From IMG/VR virus record IMGVR_UViG_3300006217_003352: a DNA stretch of 64,000 nt. One strand, written 5' to 3'. A model generated the notes under the pieces. That model was not told the origin of the DNA and ran no database searches. It worked only from the letters and a program-made list of their open reading frames with translations. This document shows, one piece after another, positions 10,130 through 19,530 of this stretch (position 1 is its first letter; every line of letters begins with the position of its first letter). Position numbers and translations under genes: made by a program. Source of the DNA: an uncultured virus (IMG/VR IMGVR_UViG_3300006217_003352) (lineage: Duplodnaviria; Heunggongvirae; Uroviricota; Caudoviricetes).

Positions 10130-10480
10130 TTACTTGCTGTAAACTACGCGCTCTAAATCTTTGATGCTTTTATCGAACATCTCTTCGATTTGGAACAACG
10201 CTTCCTGCGGATTGCCCTTAACGTCTGCTTCGATATGTCTTGTAGAAGAGCAGAACAGCGATAACAACTGCTGCGCTCCCCTTAAATTGATTAAAACGGT
10301 TTGTAAATCTTTCATACGATTTCCTCCTGATATTGTTATGTTTGCAACCTGCGTTTGCTCTTTGGCTTGTAAAAACGGCGCGTCTTCGCCGTACAATACA
10401 TACAACGCGATCTCGCGGCTTGTCGGGTCGCTAACCCCATAAAACAATATCAGTTTTGCTCTTGCTTGTTCCGTCGTCAT
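10130..10480 (-). CDS. Hypothetical protein (internal SD and ATG at MKDLQ)
   Basis: RBS at the start and a second AGGAGG-ATG in frame. Confidence 0.6.
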   Translation of the reverse strand: MTTEQARAKLILFYGVSDPTSREIALYVLYGEDAPFLQAKEQTQVANITISGGNRMKDLQTVLINLRGAQQLLSLFCSSTRHIEADVKGNPQEALFQIEEMFDKSIKDLERVVYSK

Positions 10481-10491
10481 TTTTCTCTCCC

Positions 10492-10872
10492 TTATGCTGC
10501 CAGCATTTTCAAAGTCGCTATTTCTGCGCGATACCGCTTTATCTGACCCTGCTTGATTTTAACGTCTACCTTCCAGCGCTCCCCGTCCGGTTCTTTGCTC
10601 CATTCAAGGTATCTTTTCAGGTCGTCCTTTGTCATTTCAAGCCATTTCTTTAATTCTGCTATCTTTTCGTCTATTTCTTTTCTAAATTCCGCCGCCCTTT
10701 CCTTTCTCGCTATTGCTTCTTCACTTTCGGGAATTGCTGCGATATTCAGCATCTCAACAAACTTCTGTTTGGTTACGCTTTCAGGTGCCGCAAGATACAT
10801 CTCTTCATAAATTCTGAAAGTCTCATAGGAAACTTCTTTTCCTATCATCTGTTCAAACTCTTGCTTCATCAT
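10492..10872 (-). CDS. Coiled-coil hypothetical phage protein, first gene after a promoter/operator
   Basis: GGAGG RBS; lies directly below the 10926-10954 promoter. Confidence 0.75.
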   Translation of the reverse strand: MMKQEFEQMIGKEVSYETFRIYEEMYLAAPESVTKQKFVEMLNIAAIPESEEAIARKERAAEFRKEIDEKIAELKKWLEMTKDDLKRYLEWSKEPDGERWKVDVKIKQGQIKRYRAEIATLKMLAA

Positions 10873-10925
10873 AATTGAGAACCTCCGAGTAACTTGCTAA
10901 TTTGCAAGTTTTATTTTGTACTTTC

Positions 10926-10954
10926 ATTCTAACTTACAGAACTGTAATTGTCAA
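10926..10954 (-). promoter_or_regulatory. Sigma-A-type promoter with palindromic operator
   Basis: TTGACA-17 nt-TAGAAT; palindrome TTACAG-N2-CTGTAA at 10934-10947. Confidence 0.85.
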
Positions 10955-11016
10955 ACGGAATTTATGTATTTTGCAAATATTTTTTGAAAATTTTTATTAC
11001 TGTGTATTAAGAGTAT

Positions 11017-11047
11017 AAAAAAACAGGACGCTTGCTTTCGCGTCCTG
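11017..11047 (-). terminator. Rho-independent terminator
   Basis: CAGGACGC/GCGTCCTG stem followed by a T-run on the minus strand. Confidence 0.75.
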
Positions 11048-11051
11048 CTCT

Positions 11052-11558
11052 TTAATCTTTGAATATGCTCTGCACGTCTTCGCCGCCGCAATCTTCGTAA
11101 AATCTTCTTGCGTTTTCCTTTGAGATGACGGCCACACACGCACTTCGTCCCGTTTCCAAGTAGGCAACCGTAAAGAACTTACCCGTTCCCATATCGCGGA
11201 ACAACTCAAACCAGCCTCCGTACACCTTCGGGCTTCTGCAAAGTGAATCTGCTTTATCCGTATCGTACCAATGACCGTCTATCATCTGTTTTACACGTGG
11301 TCCCGTGCTATTTCTACGCGGCTTTAATACGGTGTTGTTTTCGGTATCTACCATCTGTATCTCGTAACCGATTATTGCCGCGAGTTTTACCCATTCTTCC
11401 GCATCTATGGTGTTATTTGATAATCGGTTCGTGAAGCCCTGCGGACTCCAACCCATCTTAACCGCAATATCTTTTTGTTGCAAGCCTTTCGTTGCGATTG
11501 CCTGCTTAATCATTTCGCTTACCGACATACTGTTGCTTCCTATAACCTGTGTTTGCAT
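11052..11558 (-). CDS. XRE-family HTH protein with C-terminal domain
   Basis: GLQQKDIAVKMGWSPQGFTNRL HTH; possible own promoter TTGACA-17-TAAGAT at 11561-11589. Confidence 0.75.
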   Translation of the reverse strand: MQTQVIGSNSMSVSEMIKQAIATKGLQQKDIAVKMGWSPQGFTNRLSNNTIDAEEWVKLAAIIGYEIQMVDTENNTVLKPRRNSTGPRVKQMIDGHWYDTDKADSLCRSPKVYGGWFELFRDMGTGKFFTVAYLETGRSACVAVISKENARRFYEDCGGEDVQSIFKD

Positions 11559-11615
11559 ACATCTTACTCCTTTTCGTTTATTTTGTCAATGATTTTCTAT
11601 ACTACACAAAAAACT

Positions 11616-11936
11616 TTATTCTTCGCCGTTTAGAAAGTTATCGACAAGTTCTTTCAGATCGTCGTGTTGTGCAATATCGCAATACTCTGTGTAGACATAT
11701 TCATCAACCAATGTGCTGATAATATGACCGTTGCATTTTCCATAGAGCGCAAACATTGTTTCGACTTTCAATCCTCCGTCCTGCAGAAAGTCGAAGATGC
11801 TGCTCCAAGCATTGATTCTGAAAGCATTGCAGAAAACTTCTTCCGTGCTTTTTGCAATCTGCTCCGCTTTATAGTCTTCAAACTCGCGCTCAATCGCTTG
11901 CTTAACGCTCTCAATCGTAACTGTGTCTTTTTTCAT
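11616..11936 (-). CDS. Hypothetical phage protein
   Basis: Coupled ORF with GGAGG RBS. Confidence 0.65.
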   Translation of the reverse strand: MKKDTVTIESVKQAIEREFEDYKAEQIAKSTEEVFCNAFRINAWSSIFDFLQDGGLKVETMFALYGKCNGHIISTLVDEYVYTEYCDIAQHDDLKELVDNFLNGEE

Positions 11937-12454
11937 ACCGCCGCTTTACCTCCAATCAATTTTTCCAGAAGTTCTCTGTACAGTCGCACAAATGTGTCGC
12001 GTTCCGTCTGCACTTTAATAAATTCGTCATACGTAACAGCCTGCTTAACAGGTAGCACCGTCTCAGCCGCCTTCTTCTCTTCTTTCTTTTCCTGCGGTTG
12101 AACAACTTTCGGTGTAGGGAAATCAATCCCCAGACTTATCATCATACCGGCAGCAAGCATATCAAGTTCGTACTTCGTGCAACTTCCGATATAATTTCCA
12201 AGTCGTTCTTTTGATACCGAACTAATCTGTTCGCATAATGCTATCGAAGGTCTGTTTGCACTCTTGATGTCGATATGCGTCGGCAAATCCGTTTTCGGCT
12301 GCGTTGTCAAATATACCACTTCAATCACGTTGCTATGTTGATTGCCTTTGTCGTTCGACACTACAACCGCAGGGCGCCCGGCGCGTTGTTCGCTGCCTTC
12401 TTCCTGATAATTGTTGACGATATAATAAATATCGCCGCGCTTTACTTCGTTCAT
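11933..12454 (-). CDS. PemK/MazF-fold protein with C-terminal extension
   Basis: KRGDIYY..GSEQRAGRPAVVVSND..LTT..EQISSVSKERL. Confidence 0.8.
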   Translation of the reverse strand: MNEVKRGDIYYIVNNYQEEGSEQRAGRPAVVVSNDKGNQHSNVIEVVYLTTQPKTDLPTHIDIKSANRPSIALCEQISSVSKERLGNYIGSCTKYELDMLAAGMMISLGIDFPTPKVVQPQEKKEEKKAAETVLPVKQAVTYDEFIKVQTERDTFVRLYRELLEKLIGGKAAV

Positions 12455-12467
12455 CCTATGTTCTCCT

Positions 12468-12686
12468 TTATCTTAAATTTATTTGATAAATACCACGCTT
12501 CAAGTATTCCGATACTATCTGCTTTGCGTTTTCGTCTATGTGTAGATTTTCATATACTAACCGCAAATCCCCGTGCTGCTCGTACAATGCTACAATCAAA
12601 TCAGATGTTGCAACTGTGCTGTATGCAAAAGGACGTTTAGCGTCCGGGAAGAACCACTCAACGTCCCCTTTCATATTTCTTTTCAT
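12468..12686 (-). CDS. Hypothetical phage protein
   Basis: Coupled ORF. Confidence 0.6.
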   Translation of the reverse strand: MKRNMKGDVEWFFPDAKRPFAYSTVATSDLIVALYEQHGDLRLVYENLHIDENAKQIVSEYLKRGIYQINLR

Positions 12687-13204
12687 TGCGCCCCCTTGCG
12701 TATTTCGTACCGCATAACCACGTCGCCCTTGATTCTGTCGTCTATTATCTTACCAGTCGCAAAATCGCGCCGCATACCGCGTTCCTCGTTGAAACCCATA
12801 AGATAACCGAATCCTGCGTTTTCAAAGTACCACTTCTCTCGATAATACGTTGACGAACCGTCCGTGTATGCATCGTTTATGGCTCTTTCCTTAAACTCTT
12901 CCGTGCTTGATATTTTCTTCCATCCGTCCATTACTCTCTGCTCTTCCTCTGTCAAATCACGAAGCCCGGCAGCGTATGTCGTGAGCGTTTGACCGTCGTA
13001 CTCCACAAGGCTTGCTTTTTTCAAAGGCAGATCGCTCTTTTTTCCGTCGTTCCGCAATATAAAGATTGCTACTGAATTGCAACCGGTTATTTTACGCCAA
13101 CCCTGCAATGATTCAGGAATGTCCGTGCTTCCGCAGCGCAATATCATTCTTGCTTCAAGCGTTCCGCTTTTTGCTTCTCTTTTCAAATCTGCAAGTGTTT
13201 TCAT
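12683..13204 (-). CDS. Hypothetical phage protein
   Basis: AGGAG RBS, 173 aa. Confidence 0.7.
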   Translation of the reverse strand: MKTLADLKREAKSGTLEARMILRCGSTDIPESLQGWRKITGCNSVAIFILRNDGKKSDLPLKKASLVEYDGQTLTTYAAGLRDLTEEEQRVMDGWKKISSTEEFKERAINDAYTDGSSTYYREKWYFENAGFGYLMGFNEERGMRRDFATGKIIDDRIKGDVVMRYEIRKGAQ

Positions 13205-13213
13205 ACTTATCTC

Positions 13214-13888
13214 CTAAACCGTTAATTCAAAATCCGCAGGATCCATTTCTACGAACTCCGAGAAATGAACGTACAAGTCTTCATAGCACTCGTGGTTCTC
13301 GCTATACTCGTCAAGACGTTTTTGCACTTCATCCATCAACTCGTACAAGTTGTATTTATGCTCATACGCAAAAGGCAACGTCTTGTCAAGATGGTTAATG
13401 ATGTCCTGAACCGAGCCAAACATATACTTATCTTCTATGTACTCGCATTTTCCATCTTTTGTGGGTAAGCACCCGTCCACATAATGAGAATCTGGAAAAA
13501 ATAATTTCCCGTCCGTCTTGTCCCACACACAGAAGTAATCGCAACCGCACTCTTCTGATACATAGGCTATTTTAACTTCCGGATAGAACCGCTTAACTAT
13601 TTCGTACCACATTCCCATTTTTGCAGACCACGCCGTCTCCGTCCATACGGTAAAAACGTGATATTTGTCTATGTGTTCGATTTCATCAATTCCATCAACC
13701 CAACCATTGCACTCTATTTTGTCGTGACCCAGTTCCGAAAAAAACGTATCTGCGAAGTTCTCCATATTAAGATTGTTTTTAATAGTCTGCTCGTTATCTT
13801 TGATTTCTACGAACTTCCTGTGCATCGCCATTAACTGTTCTCTGTTCTCCGAATAGAACTTGATAACGGTTGAACACTGATTTGCCAT
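13214..13888 (-). CDS. YubB/DUF1281-like ferredoxin-fold protein
   Basis: MANQCST start and TETAWS...YVSEECGCD pattern resemble this family. Confidence 0.55.
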   Translation of the reverse strand: MANQCSTVIKFYSENREQLMAMHRKFVEIKDNEQTIKNNLNMENFADTFFSELGHDKIECNGWVDGIDEIEHIDKYHVFTVWTETAWSAKMGMWYEIVKRFYPEVKIAYVSEECGCDYFCVWDKTDGKLFFPDSHYVDGCLPTKDGKCEYIEDKYMFGSVQDIINHLDKTLPFAYEHKYNLYELMDEVQKRLDEYSENHECYEDLYVHFSEFVEMDPADFELTV

Positions 13889-14016
13889 TTCTTTTACCTC
13901 CTGTAATGCTTTTATTTTGCTTGTAACGGCTTTTAATTCTTAATGAGTATTTGGTTGACCGAGCCGTTAGACGGTCTGAAAACGACTATAACCGCGTATT
14001 TCCCAGCGATAACTTT

Positions 14017-14586
14017 TTATTTGTAATCGCGCTCTTCCGTTTCCACTTCAACTTGATGCAGATATAGTTCGTAATAGTCTCCGTCGTCGTTCTCGTATCG
14101 TATGCTTGCATATCCGCAATCGAAGTTCTGCTCCGCATCAGGCTCTTCATCTTTCAAGAAGAAATCTTCATCCGCAAACAGCCTATCGCGCTCCGCTTCA
14201 AAGGCTTGCTTTGCTGTGTCGAAATCAAACGTCCTTATGTAAACCTTTTCCTCAACATCGCCGTCATTTCTCAAGCCTTCCCCGACTTCGTAGAATATGG
14301 CGCGACGTGTATTCCACATACGTTTTTCAAAAACGATTTCGCCGTCTTGTTTTGCTTGCTGATACAGCCCGTATGTGTCGTCGCTCGTGTATTCTTCGCG
14401 CAGCCACCTTTCCATATCTTCAAGCGTCTTAATCTCGTCGCCTTTCAGATATTCAAATAGGTAGTCTTTCCTTACCGCGAATATAAGTTCGTCATAACCA
14501 CAACCTTCGTCTTCGGTCAAATAACCGCTGCTTAAAAACAGCACCTTCAAATCGTCGTACAAATTATCGTGATTTATCATCACCAT
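14017..14586 (-). CDS. Acidic hypothetical phage protein
   Basis: GAGGAGG RBS; strongly D/E-rich. Confidence 0.7.
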   Translation of the reverse strand: MVMINHDNLYDDLKVLFLSSGYLTEDEGCGYDELIFAVRKDYLFEYLKGDEIKTLEDMERWLREEYTSDDTYGLYQQAKQDGEIVFEKRMWNTRRAIFYEVGEGLRNDGDVEEKVYIRTFDFDTAKQAFEAERDRLFADEDFFLKDEEPDAEQNFDCGYASIRYENDDGDYYELYLHQVEVETEERDYK

Positions 14587-14807
14587 TCCTCCTCTATTTC
14601 TTTCAGTAATTCATCGTACTTGCCCCAAGCAAGCAAACTGCATTCGTGGTGGAAGTTGATGTCGTTCAGCATCTTCTCAATCCATCTCTTTTGTTCAGGC
14701 GTACCAGATTGATGCCGAAGCGTCCACATTTTCAGTTGCGCCTTCGTTAATCCGTAGCCGTTCTTCTTGTTATAATCGTGAAAATCCGTCTTTTCAAAAC
14801 TTGCCAT
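14580..14807 (-). CDS. Hypothetical phage protein
   Basis: GAGGAG RBS before MASFEK. Confidence 0.6.
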   Translation of the reverse strand: MASFEKTDFHDYNKKNGYGLTKAQLKMWTLRHQSGTPEQKRWIEKMLNDINFHHECSLLAWGKYDELLKEIEEEW

Positions 14808-14808
14808 T

Positions 14809-15093
14809 CTAAATCTCCTCATAGAACAACGTCAAAATTTCTCTTCGCGTCAGAAGGTCTACTTTGTCCCAATTCTCTGCGATAAAGTCCGCAAGATGAC
14901 CGAGCGGTGTCGGATTGTCGTCTTTGACGTAACACTCACGAACCAACTCGATATAATCAAGCAAAGTTCTTTCGTCGTGTGCTGCTGCAAACCCGTTGCA
15001 GGTAGCAATATCAAATATGTAAACCGCCGCGCCGCAATCAAAATTGTATGTCTTGCCTTTGTACTTAACCTGAAACTCAATCATCTTTTCCAT
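14809..15093 (-). CDS. Hypothetical phage protein
   Basis: GGAGG RBS before MEKMIE. Confidence 0.6.
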   Translation of the reverse strand: MEKMIEFQVKYKGKTYNFDCGAAVYIFDIATCNGFAAAHDERTLLDYIELVRECYVKDDNPTPLGHLADFIAENWDKVDLLTRREILTLFYEEI

Positions 15094-15269
15094 TACAAAT
15101 CGTCCTCCCATCCCGTTACTTCCGTTTCGCAGGAAGTATAGCGCGTTCCGCCTGCGCTATCGTGTTCCAAAATCGCATCGCGTATTTCTTCGTCTTCCGC
15201 GTCATCCGGAACGGATATTTGAACTTTGCCGTATGTAATTTCTTTGATATAACCGATAATGTCTTTCAT
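15093..15269 (-). CDS. 58-aa small protein missing from the ORF track (MKDIIGYIKEITYGKV...)
   Basis: Read by hand; G-rich RBS, fills the gap exactly. Confidence 0.6.
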   Translation of the reverse strand: MKDIIGYIKEITYGKVQISVPDDAEDEEIRDAILEHDSAGGTRYTSCETEVTGWEDDL

Positions 15270-15284
15270 TACTCTTCCCCCCCC

Positions 15285-15815
15285 TTAAAAATTGTAATCG
15301 TAAAACTCGCGCCTTCCGAGACCGATTTTGATGCTTTGGTCGCCGCCCGTCGTATATCTTCCCATTTTCTCGCTCCAATAACATTTGGTTATCTCGCCGT
15401 TCGTATCGCGCTCGTAGGTGTACGACTGTTCATCCTGATTTGTGCAATGCGCCGCAAATCCGCCGGGGATAAATTCTGGCTTAAAATTCGGATCGAGCGT
15501 TGCTTTATCTCTCTGCACCGTGATTGTCTTCGCTGTTTTTGCAATTACCGTACAAGCGTGAGCGTCGCTATATAGATACATCGTTACACCGTCGCCAACC
15601 TCAACCTCTCTGTTCATCTCGGTATGTATGGCTCTTTCCAGCGCCCTGATGTCTTCCCCGAATTGTCTGCCGTATTTGTCGTAATATTCATTCCAAGCCG
15701 CGTCCCAGCCTTCTTGCGTGGGGTCCGTTCTGGTCGCAACCATCTCGTTGAACTTCTGTTCTTTGAGTGATTTCAATTCTTCCAACTGCTTTCTCAATTC
15801 TTCGCTACGCTTCAT
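15285..15815 (-). CDS. Hypothetical phage protein
   Basis: AAGGAGG RBS before MKRSEE. Confidence 0.7.
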   Translation of the reverse strand: MKRSEELRKQLEELKSLKEQKFNEMVATRTDPTQEGWDAAWNEYYDKYGRQFGEDIRALERAIHTEMNREVEVGDGVTMYLYSDAHACTVIAKTAKTITVQRDKATLDPNFKPEFIPGGFAAHCTNQDEQSYTYERDTNGEITKCYWSEKMGRYTTGGDQSIKIGLGRREFYDYNF

Positions 15816-16249
15816 ACTATCCTCCTTATTCCGCCGCCGAAACTTTGTATATAAACATCTCCAAACTCGCTGCCATATTCGTAACTTCTGTTCCACGTAT
15901 AAGCAAATGCGTAAAATCCATTACCGTCACGGTATACCAAATCGCCCCACTCTTCCGGTGTACTCGTGACAACAAGGAAACTCCACATATCGTCGCCGTC
16001 GATTTTGCAATGCGTTATGGCATATACCTTGCAGTCGTGTTCTTCTTCGATCTCTCGCATCTTCTTTTCAATTTCAGGTTCTTGATAAACCCAAAATCCG
16101 CCGAAATTCTCAAAGAAACAAACTTTGTCGGATTGCTTGAACCCCTGTATGTACGGCTTAAAAATGTCGAGCATACGAAGATACTCAACCGCTTTTGCTT
16201 TTTGCTGTTTCGCAATTTCTTTACTTACAGCCTTCATTGTTTCGCTCAT
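15812..16249 (-). CDS. Hypothetical phage protein, first gene after the 16304-16332 promoter
   Basis: GAGGGAG RBS. Confidence 0.7.
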   Translation of the reverse strand: MSETMKAVSKEIAKQQKAKAVEYLRMLDIFKPYIQGFKQSDKVCFFENFGGFWVYQEPEIEKKMREIEEEHDCKVYAITHCKIDGDDMWSFLVVTSTPEEWGDLVYRDGNGFYAFAYTWNRSYEYGSEFGDVYIQSFGGGIRRIV

Positions 16250-16303
16250 AGCGTTTCTCCCTCAACAAAACTCTTATTTTGGTAAGTTTTGTTCTGTATC
16301 TTC

Positions 16304-16332
16304 ATTCTAACTTACCGTTCTGTAATAGTCAA
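16304..16332 (-). promoter_or_regulatory. Promoter with variant operator
   Basis: TTGACT-17-TAGAAT; TTACCG-TT-CTGTAA (+ strand) at 16312-16325. Confidence 0.75.
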
Positions 16333-16403
16333 ACTAAAATCGTGTATTTTTCTAAAATTTTTACAGGAATAAACAAAAATATTTACTAAACATCTGTATG
16401 TAA

Positions 16404-16437
16404 GAATACCGCCCGCCATACAAGGCGGGCGATATTC
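16404..16437 (-). other. DGR target hairpin downstream of VR2
   Basis: CGCCCGCC-6 nt loop-GGCGGGCG core (16410-16431) plus a 5-bp outer stem, 16 nt past the stop codon, no U-tract. Confidence 0.7.
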
Positions 16438-16447
16438 AGAGTCAAGA

Positions 16448-17329
16448 TTACACGCAAAAGCCGAAGCACACGCCGTACGCGATACCCGCGTAGTAGTTGG
16501 TGACGCCGCCATTGATGATGACACAGCGGAAGACGTTGGTACCACCGACGATCGGAGACCGAAGCCACCAGACGTTCGCAGAACCGCCACCGTTCGCCTT
16601 ACGCTTGATAGTTTCTTCGTTATCGTCGTAAGGGTCTGCGTCTCCGAGCAAGTTCTTGAAATATTCGTACTGTTCCCCTTCTTCCTGATAAACGTCTGCG
16701 TTTTGCGAGATGTCGCCGTTGTCCGATTTCTTGATAGCGCGTGTCGAATATATCTCTGCGAGCGAGAATAAGAACAGTTTATCTTCGCTTACGGTTATGT
16801 CTGTAGAACCGTTACCGGCAGATGTGCATTTCTTGACCGGCACGATAAGTTCACGCAAATCTTCGGGGAGAAGTTTGAAAATTCTTTCCATATACACAGT
16901 GCGCATACGGCTCTTGTCCCACCCTCCGGCATTCTTGTGTTCAAGGTTCATCTCGAAATCGCCGTCCATCAGGTCCTTCAAGCCGATCGTCATATTGGCT
17001 TTCCCGCCGCTGACCTTCTCGTCCTGCCCGAAACCGAGAAGAACAAGCGTAATCTTCTCTCCCGTGATAAGCGTTTCTTCGCGCTCGTCTCCGACTTCAA
17101 AGACTTCTTTCGCCTTGCCGCTGTCAAGAATTTCTTTGATTTCCTGCCAGTCGCTCAATGCGAACGACTTGATTTCTTCTTCCGCGTAGTAATCGCGTAA
17201 CGCCATAAAAACATCACAGCCGCTACACAACCCCGCTTCTTTGATTTTCGGGCATACGCACTTGTCTCCCGTGCATAGCACCTTTTCTGCCATTTCTTCC
17301 GCCTTGTCGTACACTTTGTCGTTGTTCAT
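16448..17329 (-). CDS. Remote DGR target: DUF6273/CLec-like domain protein with short Cys-rich N-terminus
   Basis: Paralog of the tail-fibre C-terminal domain; ends WWLRSP...GVCFGFCV; contains VR2. Confidence 0.9.
   Translation of the reverse strand: MNNDKVYDKAEEMAEKVLCTGDKCVCPKIKEAGLCSGCDVFMALRDYYAEEEIKSFALSDWQEIKEILDSGKAKEVFEVGDEREETLITGEKITLVLLGFGQDEKVSGGKANMTIGLKDLMDGDFEMNLEHKNAGGWDKSRMRTVYMERIFKLLPEDLRELIVPVKKCTSAGNGSTDITVSEDKLFLFSLAEIYSTRAIKKSDNGDISQNADVYQEEGEQYEYFKNLLGDADPYDDNEETIKRKANGGGSANVWWLRSPIVGGTNVFRCVIINGGVTNYYAGIAYGVCFGFCV
16454..16588 (-). repeat. DGR variable region VR2
   Basis: Gap-free match to TR; 19 mismatches, all opposite TR adenines. Confidence 0.95.
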
Positions 17330-17346
17330 TTTTATAAACCTCCTGA

Positions 17347-17784
17347 TTAAATTTCGTACTTAAAGTCGTAGTATTTTTTCAGAGCCTTATTCAGCCCTTT
17401 ACGCAATCGCTTATCGGCTTTTACTTTGTCAAGCGTAAGACCGAGAGCGTCAAGCGTTTCGTCCAGCTCATACGTGTACCCGAACTCGTTGTTTGCAAGT
17501 TCCGCCGCAAACATATCTTTGATGTAACCCAGCCCCGTCTTGTCGGCCGCCATCGCCTGCTCGCGCTCCCTGCTCTGTCTTTCTACCATTTCATCAAACG
17601 CTGGCGAATCCGACTTGCGAAGGAACACCCCACCCGGCAACCGATAAATCTTATCTGTGTCCGTAGGCTCAAGCCCCCACTTCCGCATCATTTCGTCGAA
17701 CTGTGCATTACTGAACGCCGCGCCGAGCGGAAAGGCATTAAACTCTTCCTGCTGTCTGTTTCTTAATTCCGTATAACTGTTCAT
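17347..17784 (-). CDS. Hypothetical phage protein
   Basis: GAGG RBS; AAFSNAQFDE and ELANNE motifs. Confidence 0.7.
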   Translation of the reverse strand: MNSYTELRNRQQEEFNAFPLGAAFSNAQFDEMMRKWGLEPTDTDKIYRLPGGVFLRKSDSPAFDEMVERQSREREQAMAADKTGLGYIKDMFAAELANNEFGYTYELDETLDALGLTLDKVKADKRLRKGLNKALKKYYDFKYEI

Positions 17785-17789
17785 ATACG

Positions 17790-18161
17790 TTACCTCTTAT
17801 CTCTTGCTTCTTTGTACGCCGCCGACCATTCCGCTTGCCGTCTGGCTGTTTCGAGATTTGCAAGCATATCCTTGTAACCTTCTATGAGATTATCAAGCAG
17901 GAAATTTTCAGCCCATATCTTTACTTCTTCAAGTGTGTGGGTATCGTCGAAAAATTCTTCCATCGAATACCCGTGACAGTAGTTTACTCTGAACCCGCTG
18001 GGATTGTACCTTGCGTGGGCTGGATCTTTCTCGTTTTCACGCTTTTGATATTCGCAGGTATTGTCCCATACGACTATCTCCCTTTTAGTTCCGTCTTCAA
18101 GCTCTAATTCCAGCTCGTAAAATCCGATGTTCGCATCTTTGTTGTTCCATTCAAGTTTCAT
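17790..18161 (-). CDS. Hypothetical phage protein
   Basis: GAGGAG RBS, coupled. Confidence 0.65.
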   Translation of the reverse strand: MKLEWNNKDANIGFYELELELEDGTKREIVVWDNTCEYQKRENEKDPAHARYNPSGFRVNYCHGYSMEEFFDDTHTLEEVKIWAENFLLDNLIEGYKDMLANLETARRQAEWSAAYKEARDKR

Positions 18162-18447
18162 TACGTTTCTCCTCTAATCGCTTGTAGGCGTTCTCGATGT
18201 TCGTCCAAAAATCCAACCCACAGTCTTCGCCGTCTTCAAATTCGGTTAATATTGCTTTTGCCATTTTTGCCGAACAGTTCTTTCCAGTTTCGTTTTCGTA
18301 CCACGTTTTTATATCCTCAAGATGATACCGCTCTTCAACCTTGCGGTAAATCGACTCTTCAACTTCGTGGACTTCCATTCCGAGCCGCTCTGCAACGCCT
18401 TTCAATTCCGCCGCAATCGGCGCATACCGCTTATCGCTGAACATCAC
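18151..18447 (-). CDS. Hypothetical phage protein
   Basis: Coupled ORF. Confidence 0.6.
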   Translation of the reverse strand: MMFSDKRYAPIAAELKGVAERLGMEVHEVEESIYRKVEERYHLEDIKTWYENETGKNCSAKMAKAILTEFEDGEDCGLDFWTNIENAYKRLEEKRNET

Positions 18448-18704
18448 TTAACCCCCGTAAATCGCGGCAAGAACCTTCCGCTGAACTCGCCCGTTGCCCT
18501 GTTGATGTCGTTCTGGATTTGAACGAAATCGTGGGAGAAATTGAAGTCGTCCGCGTTCAGCATATCTGCAAGCCGCAGATTGAAGCGTTCCGTCGCTTTC
18601 TCCAAGTCGATGAGCGCCGTCAACTTGTCGCCCTGCATCAGCCCAAGTTTCTCCGATCTATTGACTATTTCCATAGTCAAAGCCAACTGTTCTTTGTTTA
18701 ACAT
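18444..18704 (-). CDS. Conserved phage protein (DUF6874-like)
   Basis: LRLADMLNADDFNFSHD...FLPRF pattern. Confidence 0.6.
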   Translation of the reverse strand: MLNKEQLALTMEIVNRSEKLGLMQGDKLTALIDLEKATERFNLRLADMLNADDFNFSHDFVQIQNDINRATGEFSGRFLPRFTGVK

Positions 18705-18715
18705 TGAGACCTCCG

Positions 18716-19530
18716 TTAATATCTAAATTTATCTGCTTTATCCGCGAGCTGCGGGCAAATACTTCTTAAAATCGCATCTCCAACAGCACGTTCGATTGCT
18801 TTCGCCTTTCTCTTCTTTGCTGTGCAGGTCTTTGTGCAATATGCTTTCCTACGGCATTTGTCACAATTACCGCCCTCTTTCCATTGCTCTGCGCTCATAA
18901 TCCACCTACTCAAACAAATCGTATTGAACTATTGTCGTTGCTTCTCCGTTCGGCTTGTAGGCGTGTATGCAACCGTATTTCATAACGATATACCCTTCCT
19001 TTTTCCGCAACTTCACGCCGAACTTTCTTGCTTCTTCTACGGTCTTGAACTTTCTGCGTTTGCAATGTCCTTTCGGAGTCCAATAATTCAGGTAAATCAT
19101 TTCTTCTCCTTCTGCTGTCTGAAACATCCGCGCTCTTCCGACCAATCACACCGCATACCTACGTTATCTTCGCTATTTAAGCACTCGTCGCAAAGCATCA
19201 TCTTCTTTCCGCAATTCGGACAGGTAATCTGGTAGCCCTTCTTCTCAACGTCCCACTTTTTCGTGATTTCTTCTCCGCAATGCGGACAAACTTCGATACA
19301 TTCTCTCTTCATAACTCAACCACCTCGATTACTATATCGCGTGTTTCGTAGACTTCCCCGACAGATGCGAGTTCTGCCCAGCCGTCTACTTCGATTGCCG
19401 TTTCCTGATCTGTCATTTCCCAGACCATATTAAACAAGGTGTTCGGGTTATCAATGACAACCGTCATTCCGCCGTCTTTTCTTACTTCCCAGCCTACGCC
19501 TTTCGATTGCTTCCATTTAATCATTTTCAA
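18716..19530 (-). CDS. Run of four small coupled genes (18716-18913, 18906-19124, 19097-19312, 19309-19530), two Cys/Zn-ribbon-like
   Basis: Overlapping start/stop codons; CPHC..CPNC in 19097-19312. Confidence 0.55.
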
